A stretch of 64,000 nt of DNA from an uncultured Desulfovibrio sp. (lineage in GTDB: Bacteria; Desulfobacterota; Desulfovibrionia; Desulfovibrionales; Desulfovibrionaceae). A program made the translations under genes and the position numbers. The notes beneath the pieces were generated by a model, which saw nothing but the letters and a program-made list of their open reading frames with translations, was not told where the DNA came from and ran no database searches. Each line of letters starts with the position of its first letter. Positions within the stretch are counted from its first letter, which is position 1. This document shows, one piece after another, positions 30,096-39,421 of the stretch. Location of the stretch: NCBI RefSeq assembly GCF_902477725.1, contig NZ_CABSIF010000004.1:31121-95120 (forward strand). The letters run 5' to 3'.

Positions 30096-31229
30096 ATGAG
30101 AAACAAGTGGGTACTTTTCGGCGTGGTGGCTTCACTTCTGGTGCTGACCGCCAGTGTCGCCCTTGCCGCTGACGGCAGTGTGCTTGCCAATGCCATCGCC
30201 AAACAGGTGGAAACGGCTCCCAATACCCTCAATATGCAGGCTGAACCCGGCTATCTCGGCATCCCCGGCGGCCCCAAGGTCAACATGATTCTGGCCTTTG
30301 GCTGGGCCTTGTGGGTGGGCTGGATTTTCTCCACCGTGGGCGCTTTTGGCGGCGTTATGGCTGGCGTGGGCCACATGACCGTGCACGGCCTTGGCGCGTA
30401 TGCCAAATCTTTTGGCAAGACGCCCCTTAACAAGTCCGTCACCGACTCCGTGCGCGCCTCCAACCAGATGCTCGCAGGCCTTTCCGCTGTTATCAGCACG
30501 TTCAGCTACTACCGCATGAAGCGCCTTGTGCTGCCCCTGGGCTTCGCCTTGGGCCTTGGCTCCATCGTAGGTGCTTTTGGTGCAGTTTCGTTGACCGCCG
30601 GCAAGCTGAACTTCTCTTCCTACCAGGGCTATTTTGGCCTCTTCGTGCTGCTGCTGGGCCTGTACCTGATGTGGGAAACCTCCCCCGCCGGTCAGCGCTC
30701 CAAGGCCAAAGCCAAGGAAGCCGCCAAGGCTTTTGAGACTGCTTGCCAATACAAGGCCGAAGGTGTTGCCGCCCCCACGGGCGTGAAGCTCATCAAGTTT
30801 ACCTTTACCACCTGCCAGTTCACCTTCTGCGGCGTGGAATTTGCCTTCAACCCCCTGCTGCCCTTCTGCGGCGGTGTGGTTATCGCCAGCATCGCGGCCT
30901 TTTTGGGCGTGGGCGGCGGCTTCCTGCTGGTGCCTTTCATCACCAGCGTGACCCAGCTTCCCATGTACCTGGCTGCCGGTACCTCCGCTCTGGCCGTGCT
31001 GCTCAGCATGATCACCGGTATCACCACCCTCATGCTGCACGGCGCGCTGGTGGACTGGAATCTGGTTGGTCTTGAACTGGTCGGTATTGCCGTGGGCTCC
31101 ATCGTTGGCCCCTACACCTCGCGTTTCTTCTCCGAAATCTGGTTGAAGCGCCTGTTCATCGTGCTGGCCCTGTATGTCGGCACCGACTACATCCTGCGCG
31201 GCTTCTTCAACATCAAGATGTTCGGCTAG
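30096..31229 (+). CDS. TauE/SafE-family (sulfite exporter-like) membrane protein with N-terminal signal-like extension
   Basis: Multi-TM; GAFGG and GVGGGFLLVP repeats, AAGTS; GGAGG RBS. Confidence 0.85.
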   Translation: MRNKWVLFGVVASLLVLTASVALAADGSVLANAIAKQVETAPNTLNMQAEPGYLGIPGGPKVNMILAFGWALWVGWIFSTVGAFGGVMAGVGHMTVHGLGAYAKSFGKTPLNKSVTDSVRASNQMLAGLSAVISTFSYYRMKRLVLPLGFALGLGSIVGAFGAVSLTAGKLNFSSYQGYFGLFVLLLGLYLMWETSPAGQRSKAKAKEAAKAFETACQYKAEGVAAPTGVKLIKFTFTTCQFTFCGVEFAFNPLLPFCGGVVIASIAAFLGVGGGFLLVPFITSVTQLPMYLAAGTSALAVLLSMITGITTLMLHGALVDWNLVGLELVGIAVGSIVGPYTSRFFSEIWLKRLFIVLALYVGTDYILRGFFNIKMFG

Positions 31230-31267
31230 TATTTCCGGCAATGTCCGGAACATGCTGAAAACATGAA

Positions 31268-31317
31268 AAACACTGCATCCCCCTGGCCTGCCCACGGGGA
31301 TGCAGTGTTTCCTTTTT
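31268..31317 (+). terminator. Probable intrinsic terminator
   Basis: AAACACTGCATCCCC/GGGGATGCAGTGTTT stem followed by CCTTTTT. Confidence 0.7.
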
Positions 31318-31389
31318 ACAACAGAATGCTAATCTGTCCGTGCGCAAGGGCGTAGAATCGCCCTGTGCGAAAAACGGAGCCGCTGAGAT

Positions 31390-32001
31390 ATGGAACAACT
31401 TCTGGTCTGGCTTGATCCTTTTTTTGTGCTGCCGTACCGCATGGTGCCGCAGCCCGAGGCAGCCTACTTTTGGGGAACAGCTATTCTTGCGCTGATTGCG
31501 GGCCTCATAGGCATTGCCACCCTGCGCATGGCCCAACGTATGCACCGCAAGCGTCTGAAAAAATTGCAGGATGACATGCGGCACTACCATGAACTGAGCG
31601 AATCAGCCTTGCAAAACTCTGGCAAGGAAGCCTTCAAGGCCGTGAACCGTCAGGGGCATGAGGCGTTTGGCTATTATTTTTCGCTCAGCAACGCCCTGTT
31701 TGTGGCTTCGCTGTGGCCTGTTCCCATTATGCTGGCCTGGATGCAGCTGCGTTTTGGCATGATCAGCCCTGAGCTGCCTTTTTCTTTGCCGCTGTTTGGC
31801 AATCAGCCGAGCATGGTTTTCTGGTTCATTCTTTTTTATATCCCGCTGCGGATGTTCAGCACCAAGACCATCACTCGTTGGCAGTTGCGTCACGGGGCGG
31901 CACCGTTGGAAACCCAGATCGTAAACAGCACCGAGGCCAATGCCGGAGCAAAACCTCAGGCCCAGCCGCAAGCGCAGGCCCACAAGGTGGACACTCCCTA
32001 G
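31390..32001 (+). CDS. Hypothetical membrane protein, TM - coiled coil - TM - TM topology (DUF106-like?)
   Basis: Three hydrophobic segments with a charged helical loop RKRLKKLQDDMR; GGAG RBS. Confidence 0.75.
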   Translation: MEQLLVWLDPFFVLPYRMVPQPEAAYFWGTAILALIAGLIGIATLRMAQRMHRKRLKKLQDDMRHYHELSESALQNSGKEAFKAVNRQGHEAFGYYFSLSNALFVASLWPVPIMLAWMQLRFGMISPELPFSLPLFGNQPSMVFWFILFYIPLRMFSTKTITRWQLRHGAAPLETQIVNSTEANAGAKPQAQPQAQAHKVDTP

Positions 32002-32067
32002 TCGGATATGTTCCGAGATTCTGCGCCGGGAGCAATCCCCGCGCGGCATTGATCTGGCTGGTCAATG

Positions 32068-32107
32068 CAGAAGGCCCCGCATCAAATAAAGATCGCGGGG
32101 CCTTCTG
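32068..32107. terminator. Hairpin between convergent genes
   Basis: CAGAAGGCCCCGC/GCGGGGCCTTCTG. Confidence 0.65.
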
Positions 32108-32138
32108 TGTTTAAGCATGCAGGTTGCAGAAATCAGAC

Positions 32139-33233
32139 CTACACAAAGAGTTCCTTCACGTTGTGCGGCTTGCTGCGCAGATAGGGCGACGGCCCGGCAA
32201 TGGTCTGCCCCAGTGCGGCAGCGGCATGCCAGGGCCAGCGCGGGTCGTACAGCATTGCGCGGCCAATGGCCACCATGTCGGCCTGCCCTGTAACCACAAT
32301 ACTTGAGGCCAGTTCCGGCTCTGTGATGAGGCCCACGGCAATAACAGGAAGCTCACTCACTGCGGCCTTGACCGCAGCAGCCAGCGCCACCTGATAGCCG
32401 GGCGCAAGGGTAATCTTCTGGTCGGGCGAAAGGCCGCCTCCGGAAACGTGTATGTACGCGCCACCAGCCTTTTCAACAGCCCTGGCAAAGACAGCGCATT
32501 CTTCCACATTCCAGCCGCCTTCGGCAAAGTCGGTGCCTGAAACGCGTACACCCACCGGGTAATTGGCCGGAACAGCTACGCGCACTGCCGCCAGCACTTC
32601 CAGCGGAAAGCGCATTCTGTTCTCGAGGCTGCCGCCGTAGGCATCGGTGCGGGCATTGCTGAGGGGCGAGAGGAATTCGTGCATCAGGTAGCCGTGGGCC
32701 GCATGCAGCTCAATGGAGTCATACCCGGCGCGTACGGCGCGTTTGGCCGTAGCTACAAAAGATTCTGTAAGGCGGGCAATGTCTGCCGCCGTGAGTTCGG
32801 TTGGTGTTTGATGGCCCGGCGCATAGGGCAGGGCGGAAGGCGCGCATATTTCCCACCCGCCATCTGCGGGCATGAGCGGCTTGCCACCTTGCCAAGGTAG
32901 GCCCGTAGCGCCCTTGCGTCCGGCATGTCCGATCTGAATGCCGATTGGCGTGGAAGAATAGGCACGGATGGAATCGAGCATGGCCTTGTGGGCGGCTTCC
33001 TGCTCCTCATTCCACAGGCCGAGATCCTGCGGGGATATACGCCCCGGCGCTTCCACTGCCGTAGCTTCCACAATGAGCAGCCCGGCTCCGGAAACGGCAA
33101 GAGTGCCGTAGTGCATGGCATGCCAGTGTACGGGGCGGCCCTCTTCTGCCGAGTATTGATCCATGGGGGGGACGACTATCCGGTTGGGCAGTGTCAGCCC
33201 TTTGAGTTTGATGGGAGAAAAGAGTGGATTCAT
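32139..33233 (-). CDS. NADH:flavin oxidoreductase, Old Yellow Enzyme family (YqjM/NamA-like)
   Basis: NRIVVPPMDQYSA, HAGRK, HAAHGYLMHEFLSP.SN.R.D.YGGSLENR. Confidence 0.92.
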   Translation of the reverse strand: MNPLFSPIKLKGLTLPNRIVVPPMDQYSAEEGRPVHWHAMHYGTLAVSGAGLLIVEATAVEAPGRISPQDLGLWNEEQEAAHKAMLDSIRAYSSTPIGIQIGHAGRKGATGLPWQGGKPLMPADGGWEICAPSALPYAPGHQTPTELTAADIARLTESFVATAKRAVRAGYDSIELHAAHGYLMHEFLSPLSNARTDAYGGSLENRMRFPLEVLAAVRVAVPANYPVGVRVSGTDFAEGGWNVEECAVFARAVEKAGGAYIHVSGGGLSPDQKITLAPGYQVALAAAVKAAVSELPVIAVGLITEPELASSIVVTGQADMVAIGRAMLYDPRWPWHAAAALGQTIAGPSPYLRSKPHNVKELFV

Positions 33234-33387
33234 GGTGTCCTCCTGCTTGATTTAATCCTAGCGGAATGCTTTTTCTTTGTTAAGCGCCCAATGTTTGTGA
33301 AAAGCGTGCCCGGTATTTACATCTGTGAGCAAAAATGGCTCTATCAGCAGAAATAGGGCAGGGCAGGTTTGCCTGCGGGGAGGATGC

Positions 33388-34689
33388 GTGCAGAAGATAA
33401 AAAAAATAATGAATCTGTTTGCGGGCAAACTGGCGTCCCGGTTTGTTGCCCTGCTGATTGTTGCCCTTTGCGCCTTGGTTTCGGCTGGCAGCAGCGCGGC
33501 CAGCGCAGAAAAACCCGCCGATGCGGCTTTGGCCCAGCGGCTTGATGCCGTGCTGAACAAGGCAGTGGCCGAGGGCCGCATCGTGGGGGCTGTGGTCATG
33601 GTTGCCCGTCAGGGGCAGGTGGTCTATGCGCGGGCTGTGGGCATGGCCGATGCGGAAAAATCCACCCCCATGAGCCCGGATACGCGCTTTCGGCTGGCCT
33701 CCATGAGCAAGCCCATTGCGAGCGTCGCAGCACTTGCTCTGGCGGAGAAGGGCATGATCGCTCTGGACGATCCCGTAACCCGCTGGATCCCCTCCTTTAC
33801 CCCTGCGCTTGCGGGCAAGGCGGATCCGGTCATTACCGTGCGGCACCTGCTCACGCACACTGCCGGGCTTTCTTATGGATTTTCGGAGCCGCCCGATGGC
33901 CCCATGGCGCTGGCCGAAGTTTCCGATGGACTGGATGACCCGCCCATCACGCTGGAAGAAAACATCTGGCGGCTTGCCACGGTACCGCTTTATTATGAGC
34001 CGGGTACGGACTGGAAATACTCCCTTGCCATTGATGTGCTGGGCGAAATCGTGTCACGGGCTGGCGGGGACAAGCTGCCCAACGTGGTGCAGGAGCTTGT
34101 AACCGGGCCGCTGGGCATGACGCACACAGGCTTTATGGCAGATGATCCTGACCTGCTTGCCGCACCCTATGTGTGGGCCAATGGCAAGGCCCAGCGCATG
34201 GGCGAGACTGAAATTGTGCCCAACGCTGTTTCCGCAACGCGTTTTCAGCCGGGGAGGGCGCTGGACGAACAGGCCTTTCCCTCCGCCGGGGCGGGGATGG
34301 TTGGAACTGCGGCAGACTACCTGAAATTTCTCGAGGCCGTGCGCGAAAACGGCGGCTCCATCCTCAAACCGGATACCGCGAAGGCCATGACTGCCGATCA
34401 GGTCTGTCCCATATTGTCGCAAAGGCTGAGCGTAACCGCAGGTAAAACCAATGAGGTTGTAGCGCCGGGCTGGGGATTTGGTTTTGGCGGCGCTGTGCTG
34501 CTGCGCCCTGAAAAGGCGGAATACCCCGCGGGCCAGAATACCTGGAGCTGGAGCGGCGCATACGGGAGCCATTTTTTCATGGATCGCGCCAACGGGATAT
34601 CCTTTGTGGCGCTTACCAATACCACGCCTACGGGTATGGCTGGGCCGTTTGCGGTTGACCTCGCACGGGCAGTGTACGGCAAAAAGTAG
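33388..34689 (+). CDS. Exported serine hydrolase, beta-lactamase class C/esterase VIII-like
   Basis: SMSK (SxxK), LLTHTAG, PGTDWKYS, WSG; signal-peptide-like N-terminus; start uncertain (33388 or 33409). Confidence 0.88.
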   Translation: MQKIKKIMNLFAGKLASRFVALLIVALCALVSAGSSAASAEKPADAALAQRLDAVLNKAVAEGRIVGAVVMVARQGQVVYARAVGMADAEKSTPMSPDTRFRLASMSKPIASVAALALAEKGMIALDDPVTRWIPSFTPALAGKADPVITVRHLLTHTAGLSYGFSEPPDGPMALAEVSDGLDDPPITLEENIWRLATVPLYYEPGTDWKYSLAIDVLGEIVSRAGGDKLPNVVQELVTGPLGMTHTGFMADDPDLLAAPYVWANGKAQRMGETEIVPNAVSATRFQPGRALDEQAFPSAGAGMVGTAADYLKFLEAVRENGGSILKPDTAKAMTADQVCPILSQRLSVTAGKTNEVVAPGWGFGFGGAVLLRPEKAEYPAGQNTWSWSGAYGSHFFMDRANGISFVALTNTTPTGMAGPFAVDLARAVYGKK

Positions 34690-34789
34690 CCAGGGTATGA
34701 AGCCAGTGGCATGCACGCTAGCGCAAGTATTTTTGCTACTGAGTTTTCCCTTTTTTGTAATACGGCATCCTGCATTGACACATCTTTTT

Positions 34790-34837
34790 AAAGCCCCTTC
34801 GTCCACTCCGGCAATGCTGGTGGAAGAAGGGGCTTTT
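34790..34837. terminator. Bidirectional terminator-like hairpin
   Basis: AAAGCCCCTTC/GAAGGGGCTTT between convergent genes. Confidence 0.65.
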
Positions 34838-34865
34838 GTTGCTTGCGGATTGTTTACCCTTGGCC

Positions 34866-35735
34866 TTACATGCGGTTCACGGGCAGCTTTACAAATTGCA
34901 GGCCATTGACGGCCTTGCCGAATTTTCCTGTGCGCATGTTGGCCTGAAGGGAGGGCAATATGAGCGGCGGCACGGCCTTGCCGCTGTCGTCTGCCTTGCG
35001 CTTTGCCACAAATTCGGCCTTGCCCACTTGCAGGTTCAGCCGCACGTTGGCGGTTTTCTGCTCGCCAACCGTTGCCATGCACTGCGGACCGCGCACACCC
35101 TCAGGCGGGTAATCGTGCCCCACATAGATGCGCAGGTCGTCTGGCAGTGTAAAGAGCTTGCGGGAGGAATCATACGAATCCTCGGCGCTGCCGCCAGGAA
35201 AGTCGCACCGGCCCGAACCCACATCGGGCAAAAAGATTGTGTCGCCCACAAAGGCCGCATTGCCCACAATATAGGTGGTGTCTGCGGGGGTATGCCCCGG
35301 CGTGTGGATTATTTTTGCGGGCATGTCGCCAATGGTGAATTCTTCATCATTTTCAAACAGATGGTCAAAGGCAGAGCCGTCTGCGGGTGTGTCCTCCTGC
35401 GTTTGGAAAATGGGCGTCCAGGTGGAGATGATATCCAGCATGTGTTTGCTGATGGCTATTTTCCCGCCCATTTTTTCCTTGATATAACTGGCTGCGGTGA
35501 CGTGGTCGGCATGGATGTGGGTTTCAAGGATCCACTCCACCACAAAGCCCTGCTGGCGGACAAAATCAATAACTGCATCGGCAGAAACAGTGGATGTGCG
35601 GCAGGCGTGGAGGTCAAAATCCAGCACGCTGTCTATAATGGCGCAACGCTTCTGGGCATCGGTTGCAGACCAGACCACATATGTCCAGGTAGCGGTAACG
35701 GGATCAAAAAATCCGCGCACATTGGGTGCAGACAT
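34866..35735 (-). CDS. MBL-fold persulfide dioxygenase-like protein (ETHE1/Blh/SdoA family)
   Basis: IIDSVLD, ILETHIHADH, HTPGHTP, FVGDTIF.PD.G.GRCDFPGG, GHDY. Confidence 0.88.
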   Translation of the reverse strand: MSAPNVRGFFDPVTATWTYVVWSATDAQKRCAIIDSVLDFDLHACRTSTVSADAVIDFVRQQGFVVEWILETHIHADHVTAASYIKEKMGGKIAISKHMLDIISTWTPIFQTQEDTPADGSAFDHLFENDEEFTIGDMPAKIIHTPGHTPADTTYIVGNAAFVGDTIFLPDVGSGRCDFPGGSAEDSYDSSRKLFTLPDDLRIYVGHDYPPEGVRGPQCMATVGEQKTANVRLNLQVGKAEFVAKRKADDSGKAVPPLILPSLQANMRTGKFGKAVNGLQFVKLPVNRM

Positions 35736-35792
35736 GGCGAACTCCTTTGCAAAAAAGCTAGGGTGAAAGTTCCGGCACCAAGAGAAGGCGCA

Positions 35793-36401
35793 TTACTGGC
35801 AGCTTGCGCCGGGGCTTTTGCCATCTCCAATGGGGCAAGCGCCGCCAGAGCAGCCCTTTTTGTTCCAGGGTGCGCGCGTGAGCAGAAGGGCCAGGCCGCA
35901 CCAGTTGGTAAGACCGGAAAATACCTGCCCGCAGCCAATAAAGAGCGCGCCGAGCAGAAAAGCCTTGTGTACAAAAAAACCCAGCAAAACGAACAGAGCC
36001 GTGAGCGCCCCGGCCACAAGGCGTACCTGCCTGTCCAGCGTGGGTGAGGTTTCGCCTGTTTTGGGCAGCGCCTGCCCTGCCGTGGGGAAGCCAGCTTCCT
36101 TGCAGGCCGCAAGGCCTCCTTCAATAACGGTTATGTCCGCAAATCCGGCTTCGGCAAATTTGGCCGCCGCTGTTTGCGCACGTCTGCCGCTGGCGCAAAG
36201 GGTATAAATGGGGGTATCTGCCAATGCCCCGCTGCGCAGGGCAACCATGTGAGGATCAAGCTCCGTCACCGGGGCCAGTGTGGTCGGAAGGACGAGGCGT
36301 TTTTCCGCAAATTCCATGGGGGTGCGCACATCCACAATGAGCGCCTGCTTGAGGTCTTTTTGCCGCAGGGCTTGCGCGCTGATGCTCTTGATAGTTGTCA
36401 T
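35793..36401 (-). CDS. Rhodanese + DUF2892 membrane protein (YgaP-like sulfurtransferase)
   Basis: IVDVRTP.EF, active-site loop CASGRR, EGG, RQV..AG...C.LA.LL..APWN. Confidence 0.88.
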   Translation of the reverse strand: MTTIKSISAQALRQKDLKQALIVDVRTPMEFAEKRLVLPTTLAPVTELDPHMVALRSGALADTPIYTLCASGRRAQTAAAKFAEAGFADITVIEGGLAACKEAGFPTAGQALPKTGETSPTLDRQVRLVAGALTALFVLLGFFVHKAFLLGALFIGCGQVFSGLTNWCGLALLLTRAPWNKKGCSGGACPIGDGKSPGASCQ

Positions 36402-36769
36402 TATGGCCTCCTTCGGTGGATAGCCTCCGGTTGGAAGGGGATGAAGAGCCGTTCATAGCCGTATCTGTGGCTTGCCGCATATGGTGCAGTCCTGTACATG
36501 ATACCTCACCATGGGCAGACTGCAAAGCAGCAAGAAGAGTGCACATAGTAGTTGGCTACCGTAAGTTCTTTTCAGGTAATCATGTTTCCGGCGGGTGCAA
36601 GGCCTGCTTGGAAAGGTTGCATTTATATAATGCGCCCTGCAGGGCTGTGATATTTGCAACAAGGTCATTTACGGTTGCGTTGCTGGTGGAAAACAGTTCA
36701 GGGGCAAGGTGTAAGGGAGGAATGAAGAATTCTTTCTGAAAAGAGGGCTTCTGACGGTCTGGCGGATTT

Positions 36770-39037
36770 TTAATCCGGCCCCTGCGAAGGTGCGTCCGGC
36801 CTGGTGGAAAGAAGCTGACCAAGGACTGAAAACATCTTGCTCATAATAACCGGTTTTTCCAGAAATTCGTCCATGCCGGATTCAAAGGCGTTCTGTATTT
36901 CATCGGCAAAAACATTGGCAGAAAGCGCCACAATGGGGGTGTCCACATCAAACTCCCGTATCTCGCGGGTGGCCTGATAGCCGTCCATCACAGGCATGCG
37001 GATGTCCATCATGATGATGTCGTAATTGCGGCTTCTGGCCTTTCCCACTCCCTCGCTGCCGTTGAACGCCTGTTCGCACACCACGCCTTCACTTTCGAGC
37101 ATTTCTTTCAGGATTTCACTGTTGATGACGTTGTCTTCGCAGATGAGGATATTCCTTCCCTTAAGTGAGACGGCGGCGCGCTGTGAGCAATTTTTTTTGT
37201 GGAAAGCGGCAATATCTGCGGCGGTAGCTTTTTTGTGGGGCAAAATCACCGTAAAGGTTGTTCCCTGGCCCGGCGCAGACTTGCAGGTAATGTTGCCCCC
37301 CAAAATATCGACCAGCTTTTTCACAATAGCCAGCCCAAGCCCGCTGCCAGAGCTGGACACATGATCTTCCTGCGTGAACGGTGAATACATGCTGGCTTGA
37401 AATTTTTCGCTGATTCCCGGCCCGTTATCAGAAATGACATGGGTTACAACAAGACTGTCGGCATTTTCACCGCAGATGTCATTGCGCCATGTTATGGTGC
37501 CGCCGGGTTGCGTGTATTTGACGGCATTGTTCAAGAGATTCACGATAATCTGCTGAACCTTGCGCGTATCGATCTGCGCATAGCAGTTGGTTGCCGTGCA
37601 GTTAAAATGCGTTATGAATGTGATGTTTTTTGCCTCCGCCTGAGGCCTGATGATGGATTCAATAATTTTTGCACTATGCGCGCCAGTACAAATTGTCGGT
37701 ACAACGTCCATCTTTCCGTTGGAAAGCTTTTGCAGGTCAAGAATGTCGGAAAGAATGGCAAGCAGAAAGTTTGAACACGCCTTTATGGTGGCGAAGACCT
37801 TGGTGAGGTCAGGATCCTGGTGTTTTTTTAGTTCAAGGTCTGAAAAGCCCATAATGGTGGCAAGGGGAGTGCGCATATCGTGGCTCATGCGCAAGAGAAA
37901 GTCAGACTTTGCGCGGTTGGCCTGGCGTTCTTTCTTCAGCGCTGTATGTAGATTGGCATTGAGATCCACTACGTCTTTGCGCAGCATGTATTCACTTGTG
38001 ACATCTTCAAAACTGCCCACAAGGCCTACAATTTTACCGTCTTCATAAAGCGGGCTTTTACTGGCTACAATGTGGCGGTTTTCGCCCTTGCAAAAGCACA
38101 TGCCGGGAACCCGCGTGGTGCTCTCGCCCCGCAACACTCGCAGTTCATCATTTTTGTACGGGTCCGGGTCGCTATGCCAGCCCATGTCTTCATCATTCTT
38201 GCCCAAGAGCACCTGATCGGAATCAAAACCGTAATATTCCAGAAATGCCTTGTTTACGCCGATAAAACGCCTTTCAGTATCTTTCCAGAAGATTGCAGCC
38301 TGCGTAGTGTCCAGAATTTTTTGCAGCAGAACCAGGTTTTGCCGGTTGTGCGCTTGGGTCTCTTTTTCCCTAGAAATATTGACAAATGCCAGTTGCAGAA
38401 CTTGTTGGGGGATAACCCAGGAGAGACTGACGCGAATCCATCTGACGTGGCCATCTTGCGGGTGCAGTCTGCACTCCAGAGGCTGCACCGTCTTGCCGGA
38501 TATGAACATTGCCAGCAGGTGTTCTACCCTGCACACGTCGGCACTGTGCACATGCATGAGCTCACTGACGTGGAAGCACTTGCTCGCCTCGCGCCCCGAT
38601 GTGCCTGTCATGGCCAGCGCCTCGTTGTTCATGTAGGTGCAGTGATGCGTGGCAGGCCCCTGCGTGACCTTCATGTGAATGATGCCAATTGGAATATCAG
38701 ACAGAGCATCGATTGGTTGCTGCTCTGCGAAAGAAATCCACAATACGCAAACGTTGTCTTCAATGCGCTGGCAGCGGCAATCAAGGAAGCAATGCATAGT
38801 TGCGCAAAATACAGTCCATTCTTCCACAAAATTCTGGGAGAGCGATTTGTTCAGATGCTCCTTGTTTACAATAATTTTTTCCAATGCTGCAAATTCGATG
38901 ATTTTTAGGAATTCAGTGAATCTTGTGTTGGCGGCACTGATGGAAAATGTATTGCCTTCAATCCGAGTTAAAAGACAGCAAGCAATATTTGTTGAACTAT
39001 TCCACTTCATGAATTGATCTGTCAGATTTTTGTTCAT
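36770..39037 (-). CDS. PAS-containing hybrid histidine kinase/response regulator
   Basis: H-box MSHDMRTPL, NLLNNAVKY, DNGPG, GLGL, receiver DIIMMDIRMP..DG...KP. Confidence 0.92.
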   Translation of the reverse strand: MNKNLTDQFMKWNSSTNIACCLLTRIEGNTFSISAANTRFTEFLKIIEFAALEKIIVNKEHLNKSLSQNFVEEWTVFCATMHCFLDCRCQRIEDNVCVLWISFAEQQPIDALSDIPIGIIHMKVTQGPATHHCTYMNNEALAMTGTSGREASKCFHVSELMHVHSADVCRVEHLLAMFISGKTVQPLECRLHPQDGHVRWIRVSLSWVIPQQVLQLAFVNISREKETQAHNRQNLVLLQKILDTTQAAIFWKDTERRFIGVNKAFLEYYGFDSDQVLLGKNDEDMGWHSDPDPYKNDELRVLRGESTTRVPGMCFCKGENRHIVASKSPLYEDGKIVGLVGSFEDVTSEYMLRKDVVDLNANLHTALKKERQANRAKSDFLLRMSHDMRTPLATIMGFSDLELKKHQDPDLTKVFATIKACSNFLLAILSDILDLQKLSNGKMDVVPTICTGAHSAKIIESIIRPQAEAKNITFITHFNCTATNCYAQIDTRKVQQIIVNLLNNAVKYTQPGGTITWRNDICGENADSLVVTHVISDNGPGISEKFQASMYSPFTQEDHVSSSGSGLGLAIVKKLVDILGGNITCKSAPGQGTTFTVILPHKKATAADIAAFHKKNCSQRAAVSLKGRNILICEDNVINSEILKEMLESEGVVCEQAFNGSEGVGKARSRNYDIIMMDIRMPVMDGYQATREIREFDVDTPIVALSANVFADEIQNAFESGMDEFLEKPVIMSKMFSVLGQLLSTRPDAPSQGPD

Positions 39038-39334
39038 GGAAGTAGTCCCTTGATTGAGGCTGACTAACTTGGAATGTATTTCAACTTAGTTAAATATAAA
39101 ATTTATCTGGTGTAAATGTTAATTTTTCTTATAAATCAATATCTCTGTATCGTTGTAAATTTATAAATATATGACTGCGATTGCTGGCAGACCCGTATGA
39201 ATAATAAAAGACCCGCACAGCAGTGCGCCTTCAAAACAGATTACAGATGTCTTGCGAACATAAGGGCAGACATTTGGCAAATGGCATCAATGCCTGCATC
39301 CGCAGCACAGAATGCGAAATGCTAGAAGGTATAT

Positions 39335-39372
39335 AAAAACAGCGGATTTTCCATGCCTGGAAAATCCGCTGT
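39335..39372 (-). terminator. Intrinsic terminator after the carbonic anhydrase gene
   Basis: ACAGCGGATTTTCC/GGAAAATCCGCTGT perfect stem, preceded by an A-run on the + strand. Confidence 0.72.
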
Positions 39373-39421
39373 CACTGCATGCCACAACACAAATCAGCGC
39401 ATTTGGCCTGCACGCTGGCCG

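Noticed and set aside
33388..34689. True AmpC beta-lactamase resistance gene
   Set aside because: It has YSL and WSG rather than YxN and KTG, which fits an esterase-like serine hydrolase.
36402..36769. Small regulator ORF upstream of the rhodanese gene
   Set aside because: The short ORFs show no HTH or other recognisable motif.
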